DNA of 64,000 nucleotides from Eledone cirrhosa (taxonomy: Eukaryota): the NCBI GenBank assembly GCA_964016885.1, contig OZ024743.1:213652001-213716000 (forward strand), written 5' to 3'. The notes below the pieces were generated by a model. It had not been told where the DNA came from. It worked only from the letters and a program-made list of their open reading frames with translations, and ran no database searches. Positions 1 through 13,130 of this stretch are shown piece by piece. A program made the position numbers and the translations under genes. The stretch's first letter is position 1. Each line of letters opens with the position of its first letter.

Positions 1-509
1 AAATGCACCCCCCCCCCCCTCCTCACACACATCTCTCTCTATATATATACATAAACACTTTTAAATTTTCCTCAGGCAAATACGCAAATGGATGAGCTCA
101 AGATTAGACCCCGTTAAATTTAATACCAAAATATATTTTCACGAGATCTGACACGTATAACATACCGCCGCAAGAAATATAGCAAAGAGCTCTCCATTTT
201 CTATTGTAGACACATCTACACATCCACAAACATACCCACATCCTCATGCACAGATACCTATATATGCACAAACACGCGCACACACATATGTATGCATATA
301 TGTATGTATTATGTATGTATCTATCAATATCATATATATATATATATAAATATACACCCACACACACATATATATATATATATATATACATATATATGTA
401 TGTAGTATTTTTATCTTTATTTATATGACTCTATATGTATGCATGTATATATATATATATATATATATAAAGTTTGCTAGACATCTAGTTAGATGCGTAC
501 ATATATATA

Positions 510-2158
510 AGATACGCTGTGGTAAAAACCAGCTAGACCTTAAGACACCAGAGTACTCGATACTTGGGGTTGTAGTGCAGGTAATATGAAAACATTCAGG
601 ACCTCGACTGCTGAGCTCTGGCCGTTTCGACAGCTAGATTCGAGCTAAAGCGCCAGTATTCGAACGGCAGAAATCTAGCTGAACGCCTCAAGGTGTTTAG
701 TCCATATATAGGCAGACATTCTATGCAAAAAAAAGTCTCAAAACTTCCCTTGCTTTTTTTTCTTTTCTCCGGGAATGCTCAGTGATGGGGTGGGGTGGGG
801 CATGCTCTGTTCAAATGGCTGGATTAGTCCTGATATATCCCGATACAAGTCTTGAATTATCGAGTTTTATTACACTCATGGCGGCAAGGAAAGGGGTTTA
901 GAAATGATGAAAAGCAGGAGGAAATTGGTGAATAGACTTATTGACCTGAACATGGCATTGTACGTAACTACATTAGGTTAAAAAACAAGCAAAAAAAACA
1001 AAACAAAAAAACAACGAGAGAAATTTTAATTTCGGCGTATTTAGATCAAAGGGAATAGTGTAGTGTATTTATGTGTTTGTTAAGTTGCTCTTTATTGACG
1101 ATTTGCTAAAAAGCTTAACATTTATAATTCATTACTATCTCCCTCGTAGAGAAATCTAGTTACAGAAATCTAGTTACCAATTGCTCTATGGTCCGGGAAA
1201 AGCGCCTGGTTCACTAATTTACTTTTTTCAAACACCAATAAATCTACCGTTAATCATAAAGATAGTTCTACTTATTTTGGATCTCATGCTATCGAAAGTT
1301 AGTTAAGAATCTATTGTATTATGAATTTTTGCTAACACTATAGTTTATGTGATGCTGCTTACGTTCGGTGTATAATAGTACACATTTACTCTATATACCA
1401 GGCGTGCCATTGCTGCAGTACAGGAATGGTGTCGTTTAAATTTATGCCTCGTGCTTAAGCTGTGAGTAATAGGTCTGTGCATGTATTATTGCTATCTAAT
1501 CGGCTGGTCCTAAAGAGCAATATGTATATGTTTACAATAATGAAAATATTCTATTTCTACCTAAATCCTTAGGAAAAGGACAAGTGTGCTCAGGGCTTCC
1601 TCTATCTTAGTGTGTATGTAAGTAGGACTTCTACCCACCTGGATCGCTATTCCCTTTGACATAAATACGCCGAAATTAAAATTTCTCTCGTTGTTTCTTT
1701 CTTTTTGAAACTAATGTAGCTAAGTTCAATGCCATTTTTATAGATTAAAATTATTTGATAAGGTAGAATTCTCTCTCAATTGCGTATGTACGACTGACTA
1801 GCTTAACATCTTCAGGTGAATAGGTCTAGTCCCCCATTTCCACCTGCTTTTCATCATATCTAGCCCGTTTCTTTGTCGCAATGATATACCAGGATATAGC
1901 CGGAATAAACCATCCATTGGAATAAAGCACCCCCCCCCCGATCACTGACCACTCCCGGATAGAAGCAAAAAAACTAAACAAAACAGCCCAAAACAAAAGG
2001 AGTCTTAAGATTTATTTCCATAGACTGTCTGCTGCCCATATATGGACTATACACCCTGAGGAGTTCAGCTAGATTTCCACCGCTCGAATACTGGCACTTT
2101 AGTTCGGATCTAGCTGTCGAAACGGCCAGAGCTCAGCCGTCGGGCTCCTGAATCTTTT

Positions 2159-2160
<2 letters not shown>
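510..2160. mobile_element. (TA)n-flanked fold-back element with ~470-bp imperfect inverted arms (about 585-1058 vs 1648-2160); probable non-autonomous PLE/pLTR derivative
   Basis: gagagaaattttaatttcggcgtatt..agggaatag (1016-1058) is the reverse complement of ctattccct..atacgccgaaattaaaatttctctc (1648-1689). ctgagctctggccgtttcgacagctaga (612-639) mirrors tctagctgtcgaaacggccagagctcag (2109-2136). Related pieces occur at ~49915-50030, ~54775-54880 and ~57185-57355. Confidence 0.7.
2044..2148 (+). ncRNA. type I hammerhead ribozyme candidate with a true stem III and GUC cleavage triplet
   Basis: Core CTGAGGA at 2056-2062. Stem II CAGCTAGATTT/GGATCTAGCTG. GAAA at 2119-2122. Stem III ACGGC-[CAGAGCTCA]-GCCGT, then C17 at 2141. 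Stem I is short and bulged (CC/GG plus an imperfect GGAC helix). Confidence 0.65.
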
Positions 2161-2196
<36 letters not shown>

Positions 2197-2255
2197 TATA
2201 TGTATATATATTACTTCAAAATATTAATAAATATAGACATTTATGTAATCAAATA

Positions 2256-2321
2256 TATTTTATTATACATATTTCAGAGGTATTGAGCTATTTCATCAGT
2301 ACGTCCTCATCAGATAAAATA
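2256..2321 (-). ncRNA. minimal type I hammerhead ribozyme candidate
   Basis: Minus strand reads TATTTTAT-CTGATGA-[imperfect stem II GGACGTACTGA..TCAATACCTCT]-GAAA-TATGTA-TA-ATAAAATA. Stem I is a perfect 8 bp. Confidence 0.7.
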
Positions 2322-2575
2322 AATTGATGTCTAACATACCTCAACTGTGCTGATGGTTCAATTCCAGTCTTGGCATGTCTATATTTATTAATATTTGAAT
2401 GTCTATATTTATTAATATTTTGAAGTAATATTAATAACTCCAGAAAACCTCTCTGTTGACTGCTTCTAATCTATTGTAAAACTTTATTCATTGATTAATC
2501 AATGAACCTTGTTAAACTTTTGATTATATATATATATATAAGAAGAAATTAAAAGATGGTTAAAAAAGTTTCATA

Positions 2576-2646
2576 TATTTAATTATGCGCATTTCAAAAA
2601 CAAATATCATCCTGGGACGATAGTTGCGTTCTCATCAGATAAAATA
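2576..2646 (-). ncRNA. minimal type I hammerhead ribozyme candidate
   Basis: Minus strand reads TATTTTAT-CTGATGA-[GAACGCAAC TATCGTCC CA GGATGATA TTTGTTTTT]-GAAA-TGCGCA-TA-ATTAAATA. Stem III is the palindrome ATGCGCAT. Stem I pairs 7 of 8. Confidence 0.75.
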
Positions 2647-2684
2647 AGGTAATATGATATGAGGCCTAAACAAATCACTTGCAT

Positions 2685-2716
<32 letters not shown>

Positions 2717-2786
2717 TATGTATATGTACACATATATAATAGATACACCGAGTAAGTTTCGTTTACATATGAAAAATGTTTATTGC

Positions 2787-2888
2787 GCATCAACCCATTA
2801 CGCGCGTTTCGCAGAGGATTGGCTCACGGTGACCATGGGAGTTATAGACCCGACTCCAGTATCGATCTGCTCCTCAGACTGGTTATGC
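2787..2888 (-). ncRNA. minimal type I hammerhead ribozyme candidate with long stem II insert
   Basis: Minus strand reads GCATAACCAGT-CTGAGGA-GCAGA...TCTGC-GAAA-CGCGCG-TA-ATGGGTTGATGC. Stem III is the palindrome ACGCGCGT. Stem I is extended and bulged. Confidence 0.75.
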
Positions 2889-2931
2889 GACAAAATATAT
2901 ATTGTTGTTGATACATGTTTGTACATATATA

Positions 2932-3067
<136 letters not shown>

Positions 3068-3857
3068 CATATTGAATATTTATGAACAATCTAAATGGTG
3101 CGCCCGGTAAAATAACCTTTGTTAGTAATGTGTAAAATGTCTTCAGTTCGCATGTTGTTGTGTGCATTGATCCGATGTTTCTGGCGTCATAATTCTTTGT
3201 AGAACGATTAACGGGTTTGCTTTCCTTTATTCCATAGAAATGTGTAATATTTCCACCTCTTTTATAGAATAGGTACGGAGATTAAACTATCTCGCTCCCC
3301 GAAGAATAATATTGTTCGAAATGCTGAAAATTATTCTCGCAATGGCATATGGACTAGAAAAAATACCAGATTAAGTGGTTTCTAATGAACAATATATTAC
3401 ACGAGATCGACAGAATGCATTCAAATGCAGCACACGTTTTAGATTTACTCTCACAAGGTTATATGATGGGCCCACATGATTTCATAATGAACATAAATGT
3501 CTTCTCAAGCATAGTTGATTTAACATTTGCTCAAACGACTGTAAATTTCATACAGATATAAACGGTGTAGGAGACAGATTTACAGCAACCTGTTTTACAT
3601 GTTGTAATTCACTTCATCTAACCATGCAATATACAAACATTAACAAAACACTGAGCTACTTTACTTATGAAGATGTACTTAAACGACAAAATTTTGTTTC
3701 CTTACGTGATGGTGATTGAAAGACTTGAACGGCTGTACATTCAGTTGCAACACCTTAGCACATCCGTGACATACCTGACCTCTCGCTATCTTTTCCCACT
3801 ATCCCGTTTTTTTCTCTTTCACTTTCTCTTCTTATCTCCCTCTGATATGTCTCTCTC

Positions 3858-4009
<152 letters not shown>

Positions 4010-4145
4010 GGTGTGTGTGTATTTCGAACAATATTATATATACCAGAGACGTCATCATGAATGGACCTGTTATTTTATCTAAATACATCTTTTCCAATTC
4101 CAGCCCGCCCGTCCCTTCAATCTATCTTATTTCTCATTCTTTCTT

Positions 4146-4173
4146 CTGAAGAACGACTAGCGTCCGAAACGTC
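4146..4173 (+). ncRNA. hammerhead core of Penelope pLTR type (degenerate); second copy at 9194-9221
   Basis: CTGAAGA-A-CGAC TAGC GTCC-GAA-ACGT-C. The paralog reads CTGTTGA-A-GGAC TAGC GTCC-GAAGCATC. Stem I pairing is poor. Confidence 0.5.
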
Positions 4174-4264
4174 AATACCCTCTTCCTTCTATTTCAAGCG
4201 TTAACCTAATATATATTCCTTCCATATACTGTACCGATTTTGTTATTATTTCTGTTTACCTTTT

Positions 4265-4295
<31 letters not shown>

Positions 4296-4424
4296 CACAC
4301 TCACACACACACATATATATATAGTAATAATAAATCTAAATCTAAAATCCGAAGAGGGTACGATAAGGATTATGTATATATATATAAAACCCGTAGAGCA
4401 AATATATATTATATGTACAAATTA

Positions 4425-4478
4425 AAGTTTAAGCAGTGAATCGCTGCTCTCTCCCTTTTACGGGATCTTCTGAAACTC
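4425..4478 (-). ncRNA. hammerhead-like fold with variant core CAGAAGA; paralogs at 27506-27557 and 32379-32429
   Basis: Minus strand reads GAGTTT-CAGAAGA-TCCC GTAAAA GGGA-GAGA-GCAG CGATTCA CTGC-TT-AAACTT. All three stems pair. The 27.5-kb copy has an intact GAAA. Confidence 0.55.
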
Positions 4479-4532
4479 AGACGATCCAGTGATTCTTTGC
4501 TTAAACTTTAATCTGTACATATAATATATTCA

Positions 4533-4597
<65 letters not shown>

Positions 4598-5852
4598 TTG
4601 TGGATGTAGGTATGTATGAAAATATATAAAAAAAAAACATTGTAAAATTTAGGTATAAACATAGTAAATTATTTTACTTTGCAACAATTGACAATTCATT
4701 CAATGAAACCAGACGGATTCTCTTAGTGATTCGTTATTGCAGATTCACAGCTGTGCTTCAGTTTAATCTAGAATAAGAAGACTAATCATACAAATACACG
4801 CAATATTTGGTTGTGTGTCTTTTAATGCTTTGTTTGGTACTATAACGTCTCTAGGATCTTGGAAGGTTTTACAATGTCTATCTGTTTCTTTCTTTCATTC
4901 TTTGAACTCCTCTCGCATTTTTCATGTGTACATCTCTCTCTTCTTGAATTATAACAGTCTGTTAATCAGGTATGCCTGTCTAATACAATATTTGTCGCCG
5001 TTAGTCCAGTTCTAACGTATATATTATTTCGTTCCTCAAGGTAAAATCTGCAAATGAACATAGGAGAGATTTGAATCGAACAATCTTAAGAAACGTTGTA
5101 ATAAACAGTATGGATTATAATTTGGTACTCTATTAAATATGATATTCTAATAGAATATTTTCTAAGTATGGGATATTTCAGTGAAGTATGAACTTTTGTA
5201 GATTGATTCCACAGAAATATATCGCTGCTATATTTTGTATTTATCCAATAGATACACCAGTTAGATTTTTATGCATAAATGTAAAGATAAAATACAAAAG
5301 ATAAAGCCCGACACACGAATGTATTTGACGCGGCAGGTTGTTTTTGAGCTAAAGGCTATTTTCTTTTCTTACTACTAATATTAGGACTAGAATTTGAAAC
5401 ATTGTTCTCTGGCATTTGGTAAGAATTATTGTAGTAAAATATTGAAAGGTAACTGAAATCAATATGAACCCTCGGAGGTCATACCAGATATTTAGAGTTT
5501 ACATAAAAACGTCAAGAGATTTCGAGGGTCACGGGGTCAGTGAAAGTTTAAATGAAATTCTTTCAGACGTGCAATCATCATATCTGAACGATTGTACTAA
5601 TGTGAACAGCATGAATACTCAAGCTTATAATAGTTTATTTTGAAGCACGTTTTGTCGAATACCGAAGAACAAAATAACGTAAAACATGAAGTTGTAATCT
5701 GTAGCCACTAAACTGTATTCATAACTTTCTTCTAACTTAAACATGATAGCAATGTTTTTACTCCGTTTGCGATAGAAAATGTTCTAGTGGTATCAATAAT
5801 TTAGACGTAAGTATATGCTTTAATATTTATACGGTCTCTATATTTCTATCTA

Positions 5853-6496
5853 TTGTCAAGAAGGCCGAGGGTGTCTTAGCATCACTCAGCAAGACCTTTT
5901 TCAGCCGCTCTCCAGATATCTATTTAAGGCTGTATACAGCTATGGTGCGACCACACTTAGAATTTGCATCACCAGTCTGGAACCCCTATCTTGCTCAGGA
6001 CATTGACCGCCTGGAAACTGTTCAGAGACGTGCAACCAAGCGAATACCTTCCATCAGGCATCTGCCATACTCTGAGCGCCTTGCTTCCCTGGGCATGGAT
6101 TCATTGAAGCTCTGACGCCTGGCAACTGACTTGGTAAACACCCACAAAATTGTTAACCATGTTGCCAACAACAACCTTGAGTACCTTTTTGATTTCCATG
6201 TGTTCTAACACACGTGGACATGCCCACAAAGTAAGAAAACAGCACAGTTCCCATGACTTTCGGAAACATTTTTTCACTCTCAGAGTTGCTGAAGCATGGA
6301 ACAAACTACCTGCATCAGTTGTTAACTGTCGAGTCACTGCATCCTTTAAAGCCTCCATGCTTCCCGAGATCCGCCAACACTACAGCTAACACATACACAC
6401 ATGTACTACCCTGACATTTGTGTATTATTCTATGTACTATATTGACGAGTTGTGGTGCACCTGAGCACTTTACACAATAATTTCATTATTATTATC
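5853..6496 (+). mobile_element. CR1/L2-superfamily LINE, 5'-truncated 3' fragment
   Basis: Translates to LYTAMVRPHLEFASPVWNPYLAQDIDRLETVQRRATKRI and TRGHAHKV..RKHFFTLRVAEAWNKLP, a typical CR1 RT C-terminus. Internal stop/frameshift. Ends in an (ATT)n tail. Confidence 0.85.
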
Positions 6497-7037
6497 TCTA
6501 ACAGTCTCTCATTACACACACAGACACAAATATATATATATGCGTTAACCTTCCATATACTGTACCGATTGTGTTTTTATTTCTGTTTACCTTTTACATA
6601 CAAATATATATATATATATGATCCTCCCAAAGTATATGAATATCAATATATTATATAATATACTTAAAAAAATTAGCCTTCATAGAAATATCGGCCTACA
6701 AAAACATAAATAGGAAAGGTGATGATACCAGTAAAGAAACAAACATACAAATACACACCAATACCCGCAAACAGAAACGCACACGTACACACATAAACGT
6801 ACACACGCACATACACAAATTAATGAAAATTAATGAAACAGTTAATGAAACAGTTAATAAAACAGCACCGAAATTACTAACTTGACAAAGCAAACAAACA
6901 AAAATATCAACAACAGGAGAATAATAAACTGAATAATACTGATTTGAGTCAACTCTAAAAAACTATCAACGCCAACAACAACTAAAATGACAATAACAAC
7001 AAAAATAACAACACACTTTGCAATAATGAAGATGATG

Positions 7038-7500
7038 ATGTGCTACCGAGGGGCACTGCCGGTTCGCTACATCATCTACGTGTCTGAGATATGCGCTGAG
7101 CTCTGCCCGAACTCATCCAGTGTCCTAGTACTGCTGATTTGTATAGTTTTGTCGAACAGCTTTTATCAGGAGTATGTCGGATCCGGCTATCAGCCGGCTT
7201 CATCATGAAGATCACCCTGCCACCTTCTTTTGACCGGGAAGAACAAGCATTTTCCCACAGCGAAAAGAAGTTGTGTTGGAGGCAAATGAAAAGACTGATG
7301 AGTGGTATTTTTCACTTCGGCCAAGCCCTCATCGAACTTTTCAAGATCTACTTGGAAAGAGAGGTGAAAGTGTGGAGAAGATGCTGTCCCTAGTATCTTT
7401 ATAAATAGGTGTGTGAATGTGTGACTACAACCAGAGTGCTTAAACTATGTGCCTGTAAGCTGGAGAGTTTTAAGGGTGAAGAGGAGCACATATTATAATG
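7038..7500 (+). mobile_element. degenerate 3' fragment of a Tx1-like LINE
   Basis: CYRGALPVR and VEQLLS..IMKITLPPSFDRE..LMSGIF align by eye with CYRGALSVR, VEQLLS and IVMIKPHPPFKDE..LRSGTF of the element at 28.1-31.8 kb. Confidence 0.6.
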
Positions 7501-7709
7501 CTCTTGTCAATTAGATTTTTTTTTTGGATCTGTGGGGTTACTAAATTACCCATGTGTCCTAATCACCACGTCCCATTGGGGAAAAATATTGATGTAAATT
7601 TATTGTTACTTTGTTACATATTTTCTTTTACACGTTTGATTGTATGTAATCCTTTGTATTGTCATTTGGTTTTCGGCTCTAAAGAAAGAAATATTATCCA
7701 TATCTTTTT

Positions 7710-7710
<1 letters not shown>

Positions 7711-7756
<46 letters not shown>

Positions 7757-7803
7757 TTACTACTACTACTACTACTACTGCTACTATTACTACTACTAGT
7801 AGT
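7711..7803. repeat. (ACT)n microsatellite; a similar tract lies at ~57765-57870
   Basis: Seen directly in the sequence. Confidence 0.95.
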
Positions 7804-8901
7804 AGGAGGAGGAAGTGGAGTAATCATAATATTGTTGTAGTAAACAGAAACAGCGTCATCCTTCGTCTGTTTTTCTGTGTCACAAGATTATTTCAAAAAC
7901 TTCAGTAGAGACGCGCATGCGCCTGATAATATACACAAACATGCCGACATCTTTTATTCTATATTTTATTTTATCTTTATCATATTCTTCATACACTTTC
8001 TTTATTATTGTTTTAATTATTTTTTTACCAATGTAATACTTTCATTTCTAAATTTCTAATCATACATAATTATATCTAATCATAAGCGATCTAGAAAATA
8101 AAATAACCATTGAATACAAAATAACCAGCAAGGAAATTATATACATATACACACATGCACATAAGAAGGAATGAATCTTCTAGCTGAAGCAACAATGACA
8201 AATATAATATAGAAATATAATCAATATTTCATTGTTCGTTCTATTTGCTCAGTCTACGCTATTCCTCTTTCCCTCTGTCTGATTTAGTCGTTCTTTATAG
8301 TATTTACATTAAATCACCAGCTACATTTATAGCAAGATAATCTGAAAAGTATCTAAACATAATTAATTTTGTAAGATTTTATGAATAATATACTGATGTT
8401 ACAGACGATGAAACCCAATTTTAGCTAATTGTTACAATTATAAAAATGAGGAAGAGAAGTAAGATATATCTAGCTATCTTTCTATCTATATATGTATGCA
8501 TGTATGTATGAATGTATATATGTATGTATGAATGTGTGTATGTATGTATGTATGTATGTATGTATGTATGTTCTTGTGGTTTTATAGTTTCACAAATTTT
8601 TTTTTTCCCATAAAGAGAGAGTCGGTTTCTAACATAGACACAAGACTCTCTCATTGGAATTTACACAACATCAACTAGGTAGATATGTATGTATGCATGT
8701 GTAGATATGGATGTTATTGTATGTGTGGATGTGTATGTTTTGAGTTGTATGTGTGCATGTGTATATGCTTTGCATCTGTACACGTGTATATGCAGCTATT
8801 AGATGCAAAGTTTTTGGAATGTTTTACATATTTTTACTGTTCCATTAATGGATTTTAGTTGTAATTTCCTAACTAGTTATGTATGTATGTATGTATGTAT
8901 A

Positions 8902-9047
<146 letters not shown>

Positions 9048-9670
9048 TATACACACACACACACACATTTATATATATATATATATAAATATAAATATAG
9101 ACCTTGTTTTCCTCAAGAATTTCTGTTTCGCTTCTGTCACTTTAGTTTCTGTCACCAGTTTCCTTTATATTCTTTAATTTCTCTTTCTTTTTGCTGTTGA
9201 AGGACTAGCGTCCGAAGCATCGAGACACTTACCTACTATATCAAGCGTAAAGCTAATAATATGTTCTTTCTTCATTGTATTATGATATTTGCTTTTATAT
9301 TTCTGCTTGCATTTTGCATATGTATTTATATATTTATATGTCCGTGTGTTTGTGTGTGTGTAAATATACATTTATGCATACTCACACTCATTTCCCCCAT
9401 ACATATGTGTGTGTATGTATGTCTGTGTGTGTGTCTGTCTGTATATATTGCAAATTGATTGAAGAAACAATTCCGAAAACTACGTATGAATATCAGATTT
9501 ATATATATGTTTATTAAAATAACAGTTTAAACTTTAAACTGTTATTTTAATAAATATTGCTCTACGGTTTTATATATTTTTTATAGATATATTATCGTTA
9601 TCGAGCCCTCTTCGGATTTTAGTCACCACATTTATTATTATTACTATTACTATTATTATTATTATTGCTG

Positions 9671-10154
9671 TTCTTTGAGTCTCAGTCATTGATGTTATTT
9701 AACTGGAAAGTTTGTTGAAATGAATATCAAGCCACTACCTGCAGCCTCAGACATTCAGGACGTATCGGAGGGTTCTTGCTGTTCCTAGCAAGCATGCCTT
9801 TTGAAGTGTTCCAAAAAACGGGGCTGGACTAATCTTCTTTAACCATCCTTGGAAACTATTTGAGATAGTACCTAGTGCGCTATGACAATCGGGACGACCT
9901 TGATCTCACGGCAGTTCCAAATCCTTTTTAACTCCCACTTAAAATCCTTGTATCGGTTAATTTTCTCCCTCTCCTTTTCTTGCACTCTCGTGTCAAATGG
10001 GCAGGCTACATACAATCTAGCACGATCTTTTTTCCTTGTCCAAAACCACCCTATTTTGTTCTAATTTCTTGTCCGTCTGTATCCTAAAATCCCATAGCAC
10101 CTTCACCTGATCGTTTTCTATCACCGACTCTGCCTTATGCTCATACCAATTCTC

Positions 10155-10155
<1 letters not shown>
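9671..10155 (-). mobile_element. R4/Dong family A, short 3' fragment (RLE end plus 3' UTR), inverted
   Basis: Reverse complement of ~12635-13130. The (TTA)n tract at 9632-9666 is its (TAA)n tail. Confidence 0.9.
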
Positions 10156-10220
<65 letters not shown>

Positions 10221-10221
<1 letters not shown>

Positions 10222-13130
10222 TAGTGGGAGACCTAAGAACCTAAGATTTGTAGACAGGAAAAAGTTAAAAGAAACAACAGCTAAGGTAAACAAAGTCATC
10301 CCATACCTTGAGGCGAGGAGCCTTCACCAGTGCAACAATATCCTCAAAGCAACAGCAAATACGGTGAGGAAACTACTTGGTATAAAAGCGAGAGGAAACA
10401 ACAGACAAGAAAGAGCAGAGCCTTGGTGGAAGAAATGTCTGAGTGGTCAAATCAGGGAAATGAGAAATGACATTGGAAAGCTTGAGTCCCTACTGAATGG
10501 GACACTAAAAAACATAAACACTAAAAATAGACTGGAAATAAAGTACAAAACTAGGAGGAAAAAGCTAAATATTATCATAGAGGAACTGAAGCAACGCATT
10601 GTAGCAAAGAGTGCAAAAATCAGGCGATACGAGAACAGAGTCAGTCAGTATAGACAGAACCGCATGTTCGACAACAACCAGAAGATGCTGTTTGGACAGC
10701 TTGAAGGGAAAGAAAGAGGCAACGACTTGATCCCTGAGGCGGAACAAACTAAAACATTCTGGAGAGGAATATGGGAGCAGGATGTTAAACATAATGACCA
10801 GGCAGTGTGGATTGAGACAGTACTGAAGGAGATTAGTGAACAGGCACACCAACAAACTGATTTGAGTATCACAGTTGAAACTCTTAAGGGGCAGGCCAAA
10901 AAACTAACCAACTGGAAATCACCAGGCCCAGATGGTGTACAGGGGTATTGGATTAAAAATATAACATCCCTCCACCCGAAACTGACAACCATGTTCAATG
11001 ACTGCTTGATGTCAGGTGAGGTACCAGAGTGGTTGACAAAAGGTACCACAGTTCTGGTAATGAAATACCGAATCAAGGGTAATGATGTTACCAACTATAG
11101 ACCTATCACATATCTGTCCGTAATGTGGAAACTGTTGACAAGCATTATCTCTGAGGAAATCTACCATCACCTCCACACAAACAACTTGTTACCGGACGAA
11201 CAGAAAGGATGCTGAAAGAAGTCCCGTGGTACAAAGGACCAGTTACTTATTGATACGATGGTAATGAGGAATTGCAAGAGGAGACACACTGGTCTTGCCA
11301 TGGGATAGATAGACTACAAAAAGGCATTTGACATGGTGCCTCATTCTTGGATCACCAAAAGCCTAGAGATCTTCAAGGTGGCAGACAACATCAGACAGTT
11401 GTTGGGCAAAAGTATGAAGTCCTGGAAAACAGAGTTAACATCAGCTGGAGAATCCTTGGGAGGCGTGAAGATCAAGATAGGTATCTTCCAGGGAGATAGT
11501 CTGTCCCCTCTGTTGTTTGTCCTTGCCCTGATGCCCCTGACCATTATACTGCGAAAAGTGAGAGCAGGATACAAGTTGGGAAAGGGAGAGCTTACCATCA
11601 ATCACCTCCTCTTCATGGACGATCTTAAGCTCTTCGGGAAGAGTGAGAAGGAGTTGGATGTGCTTGTTGACACTGTCCGTACTTTCAGCAATGATATATG
11701 TATGCAATTTGGTGTTAGTAAGTGTGGAGTCCTTGTCATGAGGAGGGGTAAATTGAGCAGAAGCAACGGAATCCAGGTACTAACAGGTGAGATGATAAAG
11801 GAAATTGACACTGAAGAAGGATATACGTATTTGGGTGTTCTGAAGGCTGATGACATCAAAAACAAAAAAATGAAGGAATTGATAAGATCTGAATACATTC
11901 GGAGAGTAAGGCGCGTATTAAAGTCACATCTGAACAGCAGAAATGCCATAAGTGCAGTAAATTCCCGAGCTGTGTCTATTATTAGGTACAGTGCGGGAAT
12001 TCTGAAATGGAATGTTGCTGAACAAAAAGAAATGGATAGGAAGACTAGGAAGCTATTGACTATCTACAACATGTTCCACAAGAGGAGTGATGTCGATAGA
12101 CTCTACTTAAGGAGATCTGAAGGTGGAAGAGGTTTATCAGCATAGAGGACTGTATTCAGATGGAGAAAAACAACCTACACAAATACGTGACTGGTAGTAA
12201 GGAGCCAATGCTCAGAACTGTACTGAAATAGAGGACAATAGACCAGGGGATGTCCAAGAAGGAAATAACAACAAGGAGAAAGAGCAGCTTTCATGAAAAA
12301 TCCCTTCATAGTACCTTCTTTGAGAACACTGAATTCAGAGATCCACAGACATGGAACTGGTTGAAAAGAGGAGACCTTAAAAAGGCTACAGAAGGAATGT
12401 TAATGGCTGCGCAGGAGCAGGCACTCAAAACGAAGTGGTTGAAACACCATATGTACAAGGACGAGGCTAGCCCACTGCGCAGGATCTGTGGAGAGAGAGA
12501 GAGAGAGGAGACTGTGGCTCACATTGTATCCGAGTGTAAACACCTAGCACAGACTCACTATAAGGGCTGGAGACATGATGTGATGGGCAGGGTGATCCTT
12601 GGCACCTATGCAAAGTAAACAATTTACCACATTCTGAGAAGTGGTATGAGCATAAGCCAGAGTCGGTGATAGAAAATGATTAGGTGAAGGTTCTGTGGGA
12701 TTTTAGGATACAGACGGACAAGAAACTGGAACACAATAGACCTGACCTGGTGGTTTTGGACAAAGAAAAAAGATCATGCCTGATTGTGGATATGGCCTAC
12801 CCATTCGACACGAGAGTGAAAGAGAAGGAGAGGGAGAAAATTAACCGATACCAGGACTTCAAGTGGGTGGTAAAAAGGATTTGGAACTGCTATGAAGTCA
12901 AAGTGGTCCCGATTGTCATAGGCGCACTAGGTACTATCTCAAAAGGTTTCCAGGGATGGTTAAAGAAAATTGGCCCCTTCACGCTTTTTGGAACGCTTCA
13001 AAAGGCATGCTTGCTGGGAACAGCAAGAACCCTCCGATACGTCCTGAATATCTGAGGCTGCAGGTATTGGCTTGATATTCATTTCAAAAAACTTTCCAGT
13101 TAACTAACATCAATTACTGAGACTCAAAGA
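10221..13130 (+). mobile_element. R4/Dong-clade non-LTR retrotransposon family A (RT + CCHC + restriction-like endonuclease), 5'-truncated and disrupted
   Basis: Motifs WKSPGPDGV, NYRPIT, GIFQGDSLSPLLF, HLLFMDDLKL, ETVAHIVSECKHL..RHD and RPDLVVLD..KINRYQD. Several stops and frameshifts. Flanked on both sides by (TAA)n. Confidence 0.92.
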
